Origin: Glaucostegus cemiculus
Taxonomy: Eukaryota
Assembly: GCA_976551045.1 (NCBI GenBank)
Contig: CDPCPM010000171.1
Span: 2,914,001 to 2,978,000, forward strand
Length of the DNA: 64,000 nucleotides
Direction of reading: 5' to 3'
In this document: positions 35,201 to 48,130 of the stretch, piece after piece
Numbering within the stretch: position 1 is the first letter of the stretch
Layout of the letters: the number at the start of each line of letters is the position of its first letter
Made by a program: the position numbers and the translations under genes
Notes under the pieces: generated by a model
Database searches by the model: none
Seen by the model: only the letters and a program-made list of their open reading frames with translations
What the model was told of the DNA's origin: nothing

Positions 35201-38200
35201 CAGAACTAGGGGTCAATCTGAAAATAAGTCATTGGCTAATCAGGATAAAAATTTCTTCACCTGGAGGACAATAAATTCTTGAAATTTTCTGTTACAGAGG
35301 ACTGTGGAGGCTCTGTTGGTGAGTATATTCAAATCAGAGATCAATAGATAATTAGATACTAAGGCAATCAATAGATTATGGGGCTTGTACAAAAAAAGCA
35401 GTTCTGAGGTAAAAAGATCAGCCATGATCTTATCGAATGGAGAAACAGGTTAAATGGATAAATGGCCTATTACTGATTCTATTTCTTATGCTCCTGCTCT
35501 TATGACGCATCAAAATGCTGAATCTTCTACACTCCTGTTTTCCATCCTGCTTACAATGTTTATAATGTCACATAAAGATTCCACATTGCTCCTTAAAATT
35601 TGAAATACATGACTCTAATTTAAGGGACATTTCAGGAGTCCAAATTTAAATACCACTCCAAGTGTGTTGGAACAACTTGCTAATTGGGTAATTGGTCAAT
35701 TACAGAGCAAGCAGAGGAGTCAAAGATTTATTATGGATGGGAGAATTTTTTCCAAAGCCAAGCATGGGTGAATATTAAGCTGGTAAAGGGGAGAATTATT
35801 ATTAATGAAGGACAGAACGTTATTTTAGACACACAAAGGAAGAAATATGCACTTGGGCATTCAGTATAGATAGATGCAACGTACAGGTCTCTCCGCACTG
35901 GCAATAATATGCCTCAGGCCAACACATGCATCCAATTAATAAAACAAAATTAAATGTGCTGCTTGCTTCACTTCCTTCCATTCAATTATTTGAACTTTAT
36001 TTTACTAAGTAATATCATATCCCAGTCCAAACATTATTGCCCTTTAGCTATTCAAGGCTTAGAAATCTATAAACTGGCATAAACACACACAAGGCAAAGA
36101 TCTTGCACCAAAGAGCCACTCTTCCATCACAAATTATTTCACTTTCACTAGTGACAAGATTTGAGAAAGCGCAATCCATAACATAATCATTACTTTAAGT
36201 ATTAATCTACTACACTAACTGCATAGCTGAGTGTCACAAAAGTCAACTGCCTGCGGGTTAGAATCAATTCTGCAATGCTTAAAGAGAAAACCTTAAGAAA
36301 ACATTAAGTTCAAGGCCCCCCACTCTGCTTCAACTGTATACGCTTGAACTGCAGTAGTTCAGTTCTACTCGAATCAGGCTGAGAAACTTCCCCAGGCAAG
36401 GTAGACAGTGCAAGCTCACAGCTTGATGCTCAGTTAAATGCAGTGTGACAACAGGACTCTCAAATGTTTAATTTCCATTATAAATTATGCTATTCCCACT
36501 GTTACATCACTGACAGCTGCTTCACTACTTCAGTCCCGTTTCTTACCTGGGGGTGGTCCTGGTGGTAGACCAGATGGTGGCCCTGGGGGTCTCAGTGGAG
36601 GTGCAGGCGGAGGTCCAAGTGGAGGCGGCCCAGGCATTGGTGGAGCTTGCATCGGTGCTCTGGGAGGCATCTGGGTTGGCGGTGGTACCTGCGGTCCCTC
36701 TGGCTGGGTTTCCTCTAGCTGTCGCTTTTCACGATTCTGCTCCTCCGTATCCATCTTCTCTTCTTCAGTGCCCCCCTCAGTACTGGGCTCCTCCTCCTCT
36801 TCCTCTTCATCCTCTGGGAAATCTTGCCCTATTACAAAGCAGATACTGCAATTTAATTTCTATTTACACTTTCCTTGCCCCCCTCACCTAAAGCTACACT
36901 TACAGCCTCTAGCACATCCTCCAAGATTACCTTCCTAACTAGCTTTGTACTGACAGGAAATACAGTCATACTACATTTGTTTCCATATTCTAAGTCATCA
37001 ACATGAATGGAACATCTGATGCCCAGTTGCTCCATTAACCAACACGCAACCCATAGTAATATATCATCCCAATTCAATGAATCCTACTCTTATACAACAT
37101 TTCCTTGAGAGTTTGCACAATATCAACATGCACAACAAAGCCAAATACTGTGGTTTCAGGTACACTATCCTGGTAGTTCTTGCTAGCTGCCTAAAATACA
37201 TGGCCCTTCAATTCTACAAGATATCTACCAGTCTCCAGTTATAACATCGGCAGGAGACAAGAACTCGAGAGAAAAGGATAAAATGCATATTTAATCGAGA
37301 GAACCACTGTGGAATTTCAGGGCCCATTTCTACATCACAGAAGTGTTTACTGTCTCATGTCTATTTGACCTCTCAGGGCTTTCTTTACTCTATCCACCCA
37401 CTCCCGTAAACCCTTCAACCCAAATTAATTTTCTTCCACTACATCAATTATTGTTCCAGTTCAATTACAAAAGGCAAATAGTTTGCCATCTGCAGTAGCT
37501 GGCCATTCTTCATGTAACTTATCTGTCAAGGATCACAAGTTATTTCACATTTTGAGGCAACCCTAAACTAATGTTCGTGAAGGTATCTCTAGCTATTGGA
37601 CAGCAGCTGAATTTTCCCCGAGATAATAACCAAGACCATGTGCGGGGAGCCAATAAATTACACATTTCAATATTATGAGCTTTCTTCATAAAATCATAGA
37701 TATTTATAGTACAGAAGTGAACAATCAGACCATCATATCTGTGCTGCCTCTGAAAGAGGCATTGTGACGACATAATATTGCTCTGTTTCTATTCAGAAAT
37801 TTTAGCCCAGTCTTTTTTTTCTTTTGTTTTTTTTTAAATTTTCTGTGTAGTTTAGTTTATATTGTTATATTTTCTTATTTAGTTTTTATTTTCCTTTTTT
37901 TCCAATTTATATAATAAATATTTTCTATCTTTTATACTATATTCATTAACCAAGAGATCATTGGATCTATTTTTTTTTTTTTTTACACATTATACTTTGT
38001 TTCTTATGATTACCATGATTGTACCCTGATCTCTTTGTAATAGATGTACAAATATTGATGCTATATTTTAATCTGTATTGATTTGTAACCAATAAAAAGA
38101 TTGAAGAAAGAGAGAAAGAGGCATTGTACTTAGTCTGGCCAGCTCTTATAACCAAAAGTTTAAGAAGGATCAAGGGCTCTGTGGCCTACTCCTGCAGTCC

Positions 38201-41200
38201 TGCTTTTTGTTCCTAATTCTGCAAGTTCTTGTCCAACTCCCTTTTATATTTACTTATAGAATTAGGCAACCACTTATAAAACCTTGCAGGTCCCAACATC
38301 TCCAACTGACAAAAATTACACCTTATTTCTTACCCGAGATCCTATTCTTTAGACATTTCCAATAATCAATTCACATGATGGGATGTACCTTTCTCTGTTT
38401 ACTTCAATTCCTGACGTAAAATATTTCCAATCTATAGTGCTGCAGTATTGCTTTCCACATTAGTATTGTCTACTGAGTTTTACAAAATGCTTTTCCCAGC
38501 TCATGAATTCTCTGCAGATCAATGCTAGGACTTTCCTGGGCATGTGAGGCAAAAGAAACAATTGTAAGGTTACTCAAGAAGTTACCCAGACTGCATGTAC
38601 AAGTTACCTGTACACTACTTTCTGCTTTCTCCTCATGTGAAGCAACACGCCCTTGCATCAGTACCATCATTTCATTCCCTCTACACGGACCACCACTCTC
38701 TCCAGTGAGGGGCATTACTACTCACCTGCCATCCGAAGCATCATTGCCTGCAGAGGAGTCAGTTCCTTCAAGTTTTTCTTTTTCTTCTTGTGTTTGTCCT
38801 GCACATCTGCAAACCGCACAATGCGCCCTATAGAGAAACAATACATGTTCCATTAAAATATTTCAGTGTTCTGGTAAATAGCACAATAAAGTGAAGGGCA
38901 TAGCAGTCAAGCCATAAGGAAATGCCACCAATCCCCACTCTCTTGAAAATGGTCCATAAATGAATTTCCACTTGGGTTTCAGCAGCCAAGTTAAAATGAA
39001 TGACAGTGCATATGTGATACTTGTAAAGCAGCCACTCCGGGCTCTACTTCAAATCATGTTCACAGAAGTATTTTTTAAAAGTACATTTTTGAACATGCAT
39101 CTGTCAACAAATTGGAAACATGACTGACAATGTAGTGCTGCAATACTATAGAGATCAACATATGCTACTATGACAAATAACATATGCTACGTACCAAGCT
39201 GTATCACAGCTTGGTACGGCAACTGCTCTGCCCAGGACCACAAGAGACTGCAGAGAGTTGTGGTCACAGCCCAGCGCATCACGGACAGCCTCCCCTCCTT
39301 GGACACCAAGACAGTGAGAGTCTTTAACTCTCGCTGTCTTGGTGTAGCAGTCAGCATAATCAAAGACCCCACCCACCAGGTCATTCCCTCTTCTCTCCTC
39401 TTCCATCAGGTAGAAGATACAGGAGCCTGAGAGCACGTACCACCAGACTTAAGGACAACTACCCCACTGTGATAAGACTATTGAACAGTTCCCTTATACA
39501 ATGAGACGGACTATGACCTCACAATCTACTTTGTTGTGACCTTTCACCTTATTGCATTGCACTCTCTCTGTAGCTGTGATGCTTTACTCTGTACTGTTAT
39601 TGTTTTTACCTGTACTACATCAATGCACTCTGTACTAACCCAATGTAACTGCTCTGTGTAATGAATTGACCTGTACGACCGGTATCTTAGACAAGTTCTT
39701 CCACTGTATTTCGGTACAAGTGACAATAATAAAGCAATACCAATGAAGCACTGGGTCAAACTTGACCATTCCACAAATTGACCATGTGTAGTATGTAACA
39801 CTATAATTCAATTACATGAGTCAACAACCAAAAAAAATTCAGTGTATACCTGGCTTATCATCATCCAGCCTGTCATCATCTTCATCCCGATGCCGAAAAT
39901 CATCATCATCATCGCTGTCTTTATCTTTTGAATCATCACTGTCTTCATCCTGATCCTCTCGATCTCCATCTTGATCCTGCTCCATTCCATCATTGTAATC
40001 ATCATCCCCACTGTCTTCCTCCTCCTCATCCTCTTGCATATCCTGAATTGCTAAAAGGCAAAGGAATGGTTGGGATAATGTACACAATATCCACAGGCGC
40101 TGCAGAATTAAATTTCCAAAACTGCACTAGAGCAGCACAACAAGACAGCCTCAAAGCAGGTCCACCAGCCTCGGTAAAAGATGTCTTACCAGTTTCAGGA
40201 TCATAGACATTATCTTCATCCTTTCCTTTCAGAGGTAAACCTGGAGGAGGCCCCATCCTTCGGGCATAAAGTGCTAATACCTGTGGTGGGGGAGGACCTG
40301 GGGGAGGACCGGGTGGTTTCTTCCCAGGTGGCAATCGTGGAACCCCATATGAAGGAAGGGGCATGAGTGTAACGGGTTTGGAGGGTGGTCTGCAGAACAA
40401 ACATAAATCATTTATGACATTTCCCCCTCCTACAAAAACCCATATCACTTCATATTGCCCCAACACCAAATGCACATCAAGTACCCAGTCTAACGTACTA
40501 TCAAGACTCGATAGTAATTAAGATAAAACCCATGATTCATTGGTCTCATTTCTGCATGGATATTAAAATTAAAAACTTCATCCATGTACTTTCCATAAAC
40601 TTGTCTCTTTACGAAAAACAAAAGCGATGCCTTTCATGTGGGGACTGAACTACATCCAAAACACGATGCTGGAGGAACTCCGCAGGCCAGGCAGCATCTG
40701 TGGAGAAAAGCAAGCAATCAACATTTCAAAATGCTGACCCCCTGCTTTACTCCACGGATGCTGCCTGGTCTGCCGAGTTACTCCAACATCACATTTTTCA
40801 TCTAGATTCCAGCATCTGCAGTCCTTTGTTCTTCTGAACTACATCCAACTTTAATTAATCCTCACCCTCACATACTGTTTCACGTTATCATGATTTTACT
40901 TGTGTAATATCGCTAGTGATTGACGAGTAAATCATAAACATTTCAACTATATCCTACCATAAGATCAAGTGTGGAAAAGGCACCGTGTTTGGAAGTCCTA
41001 AAATCCAAGCCAGAACCTTCATAATGTCACACGTCTCACCTGCAAGCCAACTGCTCTCAGCTCCAATGGATGGTATAACCCATTGAAGAAGTAACTTCCA
41101 TCCAGGCATACTCAGTAAGCAATGAGTTGCCTGCTCTCTTCACTCCACTACTCACACTTATCTAGAATAAATTCCTGAAGCCTCTCCTGATTGACAAGCC

Positions 41201-44200
41201 CAATAGAAACATTAAGTACCCCCAAATATTTTTTTTAATATTTTCAGGATTTGGATGTCAATAGAAAGCACTGAGCTTCATATCCCAAAGCTAATGCTTC
41301 TTACTTTAAATATTCCCTGTTCAAGTGCTTACCAAGGAGCTTCTCATACAACTGAATTATTTGCTCACCCATAAGCTGATGTTTTCTTCAATATGGATGG
41401 TGGCTGAGCTCCAGGAAGGGGTATGTCCTGAATCATGATGTTTGATGGCGCATGAGGCATATCTGGTAGCGGAATACTTTCCACCTCCACATGTTGGGCA
41501 TTCTGTTCAAACAAGCAAAAAGCCACATTCTTATCCTTGCTCCTTTGTACAATGTATTTTGTTTTAGGATTATCACAATCTTATAGCACTGACAACAATG
41601 ATCTTTGATATACATTATTCCAATCATGTTTCTTTGCTTTGAATACTTTCAAAAGGTGAAGCAGACAGAAACCTACCAGGAACCGCACTCGAAATATAAA
41701 TATCTGGCAGCAGCAGAGATCAATTTGGATGGCCTACTGAATGATTACCAATTGAATTGTTTTATTTTTCTCCCCCTGATCAGTGGGCCAAGTAAATGGC
41801 TTGATGTTTAAAAGCTCTACTAAAACCAGAGGAAAGCAATACCGCCTTCAGGGACTGCTTTAGCACAAGGTATTTATTTTTAAATACAGATTCATAATCA
41901 ATCAATCCCTCGTCACTTAGAAAGGACAAACAAGATATTCTGATAATGTTAGTTGAAATCCTTAACCACACTTTGCTCACCAATAGTAACTACTCCCATT
42001 TTGTCATTTCCTACTGGGCTCAGAGTTTGCTCTCAGTCCTCCCTTGATGTTGAACTTCTTTGATTAGAGCCAGGCTACAGAATACAATTAGCTACACTCA
42101 TCCTGTTGATTTCAGTATAGATCCACACGTAGAACGGATATTTACAGATGACGTTTTAAGTGAGAGCCTCTTCCAAAGCAACATCTGGTGATAAGTGCAA
42201 CAGAGAGCTTCGCAATGGGGTAGTATTTTTCTATTAACTAAGCTGTGAAAGACCCCTTTGGAATCCTCATCTCCATCTTGAGGCATTAGTCTTCGTTGTA
42301 GGAGACAGGAGAAAAGGTGGATAACCAGCACCTTCAAAAAAAGTCAATAGAGCAATGTGCAACATTAAAATAGCCTCCTGATGTAGCCTGAAGTTATCCA
42401 GACCTCTTCACTTTGTCAATGCAATGCATCTGCTTTATAGTTTATTTTATCCATTAGTCATGGGTGTGAAACAAAAGGAAAAGTAAAAACAGCAAACTCA
42501 TAGCACCATAGACCCTGGAGAGACCTGGTTTTAAACATTTAGTGCTGCACCCCAAGAACTAAAAAATCATTAAGTCAATAAAACAGTGGCTGACTGCATC
42601 AAAAACTTGTCAAGAGATTTACCAGTGTGGCTCAACAGATCACAATCAAATCCATGGTTAGATACTCCCACGTTGATGATATGAATACAACCACTTTGTA
42701 TGCATTCAAATCAAATATAATACATAATAATGAGTTTAAAAAATGGAACATGACAGTAATTGAAATTGTACACAGATAGCAGAACACATTTTTCTTAAAA
42801 CAGATGAGTTCCTCTCTTAGTTTCACATCAATATTGCCAGATTGGGTGCAGCACAGTTAAATACAAATCACATCACTTCATATCCTGCCAGAGCAATGTG
42901 CCTCAATCCTAAAAGAGAGATATCACTGAACCAGAGTGACAACATTCCTCACCAATAGCTCTGCGATCTTTGTAAGTGATGTTGTTAATATGGAAATAGA
43001 TTGGAGAATATTTTGTGATCTATCTCCAAACACACTAAAAACTACACAAAGTTGAACAAAATACACATTTACTTTACTGCTGCATTCTGTACCAGCACAA
43101 TAAGGAGATAGAGGCCAAAGCAGAAATGCAAAGAACTAGGGTGTGTTGTCTTGGTGTAGCAGCCAGCATAATTAAAGACCCCACCCACCCGAGTCATTCT
43201 CTCTTCTCTCCTCTTCCATTGGGCAGAAGATACAGGAGCCTGAGGGCACATACCACCAGACTTAAGGACAGCTTCTACCCCACTGTGATAAGACTATTGA
43301 ACGGTTCCCTTATACAATGAGATGGACTATGACCTCACGATCTACATTGTTGTGACCTTGCACCTTATCGCACTGCACTTTCTCTGTAGCTGTGATGCTT
43401 TACTCTGTACTGTTACTGTTTTTACCTGTACTATATCAATGGACTCTGCACTAACTCACTGTAACTGCACAGTGTAATGAATTGACCTGTATGATCGGTT
43501 TGTAAGACAAGTTTTTCCACTGTACCTCGGTACAAGTGACAATAATAAACCAATACCAAGGTACCACATAGAGCAAAGTAAAATTTAACTAAAACTAAAT
43601 GATTAAGAAATATCATTATTTTATAATCAACAGCCTTCAGTGGAAATAGAAGGAGCATTCTAGATTAAGAAATAAAATACAAACATTTCTGTAACACAGA
43701 AATGGCTCCAACATTCCCTCACCTTGACAGCATCAAAGAACTGGCAGAGTTGGGATCGTTTTTGTTCATATTCAGTCTCAAGCTTCCGCAGCTCCTTATA
43801 AAAATCAGTATTTTCCTTCTCGTACAGACGCAGAATTCTCTCAAATGTCTCCCGGAGTTTTTTCCGCTTATCTTTCAATACTTTCTCATTAAGCTGGGGT
43901 TGCTGAACAGGATTGAACTCTGCAGAATATTTGGGAACAAGTCAGTCACCTCAAACCAGCATGCAGAACAAACACCTTTACTTTGTGCACACTGACAGTA
44001 TTAAGCACCAAAGTTGCACATTAAATACAATCAAAAACCTGGTGTGAGCACTTAAAAACAATCTGCCAAACCCCAACCCAGCAATGTGATGTATCCCTGT
44101 GGTCTCCTCTGAGCATGAACCAGAGTCTGCTGTTCATTCTAAATGGAACACTGGGTAATCTAAAACTAATAAATAGTGCTGGATACACAAAAAATGGAAA

Positions 44201-47200
44201 TTAGACTTAAATGGCATGATCGTGGCTGTTGTGATTGGAATATTAGGGTTTTATGTCAAGACATCCAACCCATTTGTCAATTTCACTCCAAGCATGAAAA
44301 TGAAATAATGGAATAATGAATAATGGAAACATTTTTTTTTCAAAAACAAGAACAGTTATCCCAATATTGTAAATTTATTCTTAAATAAAGTTATCCTATT
44401 GTTCTTTCCTGGAATATTCTTCTAATTTCTTTACCCATTTCATCCAGTTTCTCCATGTCTTTGATTATTTGTTTGGGGTCCTTCATCTTGAGCACAGCTG
44501 CCCGCACCATCATTCGCTGCTTCTTGTTCTGTCAGGCACAAAGCACAAGTTACCCAGAAATTTACTCCCACTTGAGTTTAAAACCAGAATGATTTGCAGA
44601 TTATTTAAAAAAAACTTTGCTAGAAACTTAACTGAATTAACACAATGTGAAGCCAAGAAACCATGCAGCTAAGATTACATGCATGTTGGCACATGACAAC
44701 TAATCCATTAGGTGTTTTTCTTTTGAAAACATCACCAGTCTCAATCTGTCCCATTCCAATTAGCAATCTTTTTGCTCGCTATTCGCTCCATGCTACAATG
44801 GTCATTGTTTCTTTGGATTTTTCTCTCTTTAAACTTAATAGTTACAAGGAGAAAATTAGGACAAAATGCTTTCCTTCCATCCACTTCCAAAACCAGGAAC
44901 ATTGAAGTTAACTGCAGAACCTCAACGGCTATCCAGCTCAAGTCAGCAAAAACAGCAGAGCCCAGGGATTAACCTTGGGACCTTCTGCTGGGAATGGCTG
45001 AGATTCACAAATTGTTCAATAAACCCATCAAACTATCAGTGGACTGTTGTATGAAGAAAGAGTTGAGAATGCAATAGATTTAGAAAAGCCAGGCAAAACT
45101 TCTTTACATGCAATTTGCAATTGGGCAGAAGCCACTTGAGCATTCAAAAGTGCAATGACTGAAGAAAAAGAAGCTGAAGAGAAACAGCTGCACAGGTTGA
45201 CTCTGTGGTTAAGAAGGCATACCGTATATTGTCCTTCATCAATCATGGAATTGGATTTAGGAGCCGAGAGGTAATGTTGCAGCTATATAGGAACCTTGTC
45301 AGACCCCACTTGGAGTACTGTGCTCAGTTCTGGTCACCTCATTACAGGAAGGATGTGGAAACCACAGAAAGGGTGCAGAAGTGTTTTACAAGGATGTTGC
45401 CTGGGTTGGGGAGCATGCCTTATGAAAACAGGTTGAGTGAACTTGTCCTTTTCTCCTTGGAGTGAAGGAGGATGAGAGGTGACCTGATAGAGGTGTATAA
45501 GATGATAAGAGGCATTGATCGCGTGGATAGTCAGAGGCTTTTTCCTAGGGCTCAAATGGTTGCCACAAGAGGACACAGGTTTAAGATGCTGGGGAGTAGG
45601 CACAGAGGAGATGTCAGGGGTAAGTGTTTTTACTCAGAGTGGTGAGTGCATGGAATAGGCTGCCGGCAACAGTGGTGGAGGTGGATACGATAGGGTCTTT
45701 TAAGAGATTTTTGGATAGGTACATGGAGCTTAGAAAAATAGGGGCTATGAGTAAGCCTAGTAATTTCTAAGGTTAGGGACATGTTTGGCACAGCTTTGTA
45801 GGCCGAAGGGGCTGTATTGTGCTGTAGGTTTTCTATGTTCTAGAAACAGCAACAAGGCAAGAAAATTAGCAAAACTGTTCACCTGGAGGAAATATACCAA
45901 CAAGGACTGGTGAACTGATTGATCTATGGTTTTATGCAGTTTGATATTTAATGCAATAGTTCCTTTATATTCTATGGCACATAAATCATGCAAAGGTTTG
46001 CACTAAATACATCCAAAAAAAAACATCAAAGCAATAATTCTTCAGCTCTGCTATACCACACAAGTTGCCTCACCTTTTTCAATTCCCGTTTCCTGGCCTC
46101 TTTTCCTGTTTTTAAATAAAGAAAAATTGTGAATTAGACTGAAACAGAAGAATAGATGAAAGGAAAAGAAAGAACAATCTTCTAGATAAATGTTCCCAAA
46201 GCAAATGCTAAGACACCCAAACAGCTTTAAAATCAATGACAACTTTTCAAAGTACAAAGCTTTTGTTGTTAAGTAGGAATCACAGCAGCTTCTGCAGAGC
46301 AAACTACCAAAAACCATATGGTGACAATGAACGTACCATCAATTTTAGTGTAATGAAAGCAGAAAGTGACAGAAATCTGTCTGTAAATACACTGGAAGTG
46401 AGGAAGAAATGGAATTGATGTTTCGGGTCAATAACCTTTACTTAAAAATGTGTTCTAATGAAAGGTATCTGACTACAAACACAAAGTCTGCCTTCTTTCA
46501 TCATACGCTGGTCCTCGAGCTTGTTGTTGAAACAGTATGAGGCCAAAGGCAGAGATCAGAGTAACAGTGGGATGGAGGATCAAAGCGACAGGAGTTTTGC
46601 AGAGGTCACTCAGTTTGCATTTGATTTCCCCAGTGGAGAGGAAAAATTATGACAGGTATTGGTTTATTATTGTCACTTGTACCGAGGTACAGTGAAAAGC
46701 TGGTTTATTATTGTCACTTGTACCGAGGTACAGTGAAAAGCTTGCCTTACAAAATGATCGTACAGGTCAATTCATTACACAGTGCAGTTACATAGTCAGT
46801 ACAAAGTGCATTGATGTAGTACAGTAAAAACAGTAACAGTACAGAATCACATGCTTTTTTTTGTCTTTGTTACATGTCACTAACAGCAGGGGTGTGGGAC
46901 AAGTACAGCACGACAGGTTATATAAATAGAGTGAAAAACTGAGACAAAATGACAAATGACTGACTGGCAGAAAAGGCAAGTTCTGGTAGGGACAATAAAA
47001 AATAGTTACTTAAAGGTAGAAAACCGAACATGGTCAAAAGGGGCTCCAACTTGCCGATGTGGAAGAGGAGGTATTGTTCATCAAGCTAATGTTGGACCTC
47101 ATTGTAACAGTGCAAGAGTCCACAGACAGAGGTCAGAGTGGGAGTGGGACAGAGTATTAAAGTAGCAGGCAACAGTGAGCTCATGCTTGTTCCTGCAGAC

Positions 47201-47971
47201 TGAATGCAAGTGCTCCACAGAACAACTACCCAATCGGCATTTTCTTTCTTCTGTGTAGAGGAGACCACATTGTGAACATTGAATGCAGTACATTACACTG
47301 GAAGTCACTAGAAAGACAGAAGTGAAAATTCAAGTGTCACATCTCCTGCAGTTGCATGGGAAAGTGCCAAAGGACACAAAATGATTGGTGGGGACTGAAG
47401 AGCAAAGGGGGTGTTGCAAAGGGAGTAATCCCTTCAAAATGCTGAAGCAGCACGGAAAATTTGCATCTGGTAGTGGAATATTATTGGACGTAGAGAATTG
47501 AGAAGATGTTCTGCATTCAGTCTAAGGTCCTACAACAACGCAGCACTCCCTCAGCCCTATCCCATGAGAGCAGTGATGCTGTCCTTCCATCAATAACATG
47601 TGTCAGCCCGAATGATGTGCCCAAGTCTCTGCGTGAACCCGTGAGCAGAAAACTCCCCACTGGACACAAGATCAGCAAAATCAAAGAGACTGGGTGCAAT
47701 GTACGATGTACCAGCCTGAAGCTGCAGATCCTAATGTGTGGAATCAAAGCTGGTTTAATTTTAGATGTGTCCGGGGCCGCCTTTATCCAGAGCCCGACAT
47801 TTTATCCACAGTCCAGCGTCCCAGACGATGTTTCATCCGCGATGCCCCAGCCCAGGCCCCAGCCAAGGCCTCGGTCCCCCCCGTCCCGTCCCTCTCCCCG
47901 CACTCACGGGCCTGGTCGGTCGGGTTCATGAACTTCCCGCTCTTGGTGGAACTGGTCGATCTCCGACCCAT
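31859..47971 (-). CDS. WBP11: WW domain-binding protein 11 (SIPP1/NpwBP), 11 coding exons, 634 aa: 47971-47908, 46105-46074, 44528-44435, 43919-43723, 41502-41369, 40389-40190, 40050-39850, 38827-38726, 36828-36547, 34241-34059, 32274-31859
   Basis: N-terminus MGRRSTSSTKSGKFMNPTDQARKEARKRELKKNKKQRMMVRAAVLKMKDP, PPGPPP tracts, an acidic exon, VRFAD, and C-terminus TKDDIYESFMKEMEGLL*. All introns are GT-AG and phases close to 1905 nt. Confidence 0.97.
34059..34241 (-). CDS. WBP11: WBP11 coding exon 10
   Basis: (G)APPFIRPPGLPGIRGPIPRLLPPGPPPGRPPGPPP...APP |gtaagt. Confidence 0.95.
34300..35500 (+). mobile_element. Decayed CR1 fragment
   Basis: IITLLFKNGEKTGNYRTISLITVVGKLLE and downstream RT/3' remnants. 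Confidence 0.75.
36547..36828 (-). CDS. WBP11: WBP11 coding exon 9
   Basis: (G)QDFPEDEEEEEE...PPLRPPGPPSGLPPGPPP |gtaaga. Confidence 0.93.
37766..38113 (+). mobile_element. Truncated L1 3' UTR, same family as 26396-27246
   Basis: Shared 3' UTR sequence and AATAAAAAGATTGAA tail; TSD GAAAGAGGCATTGT at 37752-37765 and 38114-38127. Confidence 0.82.
38726..38827 (-). CDS. WBP11: WBP11 coding exon 8
   Basis: (G)RIVRFADVQDKHKKKKKNLKELTPLQAMMLRMA |gtgagt. Confidence 0.94.
39190..39745 (+). mobile_element. Rex1/Babar-type LINE 3' end
   Basis: CITAWYGNCSAQDHKRLQRVV.TAQRIT..SIIKDPTH; 3' UTR ending GTGACAATAATAAA. Confidence 0.8.
39850..40050 (-). CDS. WBP11: WBP11 coding exon 7 (acidic)
   Basis: ccttttag| (A)IQDMQEDEEEEDSGDDD...DDDKP |gtatac. 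Confidence 0.9.
40190..40389 (-). CDS. WBP11: WBP11 coding exon 6
   Basis: PPSKPV...GVPRLPPGKKPPGPPPGPPPPQV...YDPET |gtaaga. Confidence 0.93.
40660..40833. repeat. Penelope-type foldback element with a 15-bp TSD
   Basis: Inverted arms, flanked by CTGAACTACATCCAA at 40645-40659 and 40834-40848. Confidence 0.8.
41369..41502 (-). CDS. WBP11: WBP11 coding exon 5
   Basis: NAQHVEVESIPLPDMPHAPSNIMIQDIPLPGAQPPSILKKTSAYG |gtgagc. Confidence 0.95.
43140..43560 (+). mobile_element. Rex1/Babar-type LINE 3' end (second copy)
   Basis: SIIKDPTHPSHSLFSPLPLGRRYRSLRAHTTRLKDSFYPTVIRLLN; highly similar to 39330-39745. Confidence 0.8.
43723..43919 (-). CDS. WBP11: WBP11 coding exon 4
   Basis: (E)FNPVQQPQLNEKVLKDKRKKLRETFERILRLYEKE...FDAVK |gtgagg. 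Confidence 0.95.
44435..44528 (-). CDS. WBP11: WBP11 coding exon 3
   Basis: NKKQRMMVRAAVLKMKDPKQIIKDMEKLDEM |gtaaag. Confidence 0.95.
45200..45842 (+). mobile_element. CR1 LINE 3' fragment in a WBP11 intron
   Basis: VMLQLYRNLVRPHLEYCAQFWSPHYRKDVETTERVQKCFTRMLPG and a TTCTA-type tail. Confidence 0.88.
46074..46105 (-). CDS. WBP11: WBP11 coding exon 2
   Basis: (R)KEARKRELKK |gtgagg. Confidence 0.95.
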
Positions 47972-48130
47972 CTTGGCGCCGCTCCTCTCCCCCTCCGCTG
48001 CCGCCGCCGAAATAAAATAAAAACAACGCAACTACAAGAGGACCCGCAGCCTCAGCCACCCCGCCAGTCCGCCATCTTCCTCTTAGCAACGACCTTTCAC
48101 CCGCCTCGCCGTTATTTCCGCTTCCGTGTG
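47765..48130 (-). promoter_or_regulatory. WBP11 CpG-island promoter with YY1 and tandem ETS motifs
   Basis: Dense CpG; AAGATGGCGG (YY1) on the minus strand at 48069-48078; tandem CGGAA cores at 48116-48126. Confidence 0.75.
47908..47971 (-). CDS. WBP11: WBP11 coding exon 1
   Basis: MGRRSTSSTKSGKFMNPTDQA |gtgagt. Confidence 0.96.

Noticed and set aside
34043-36938. Gly-rich + strand ORFs (34043-34432, 36438-36938, also 32001-32279)
   Set aside because: They are antisense shadows of WBP11 proline-rich exons.
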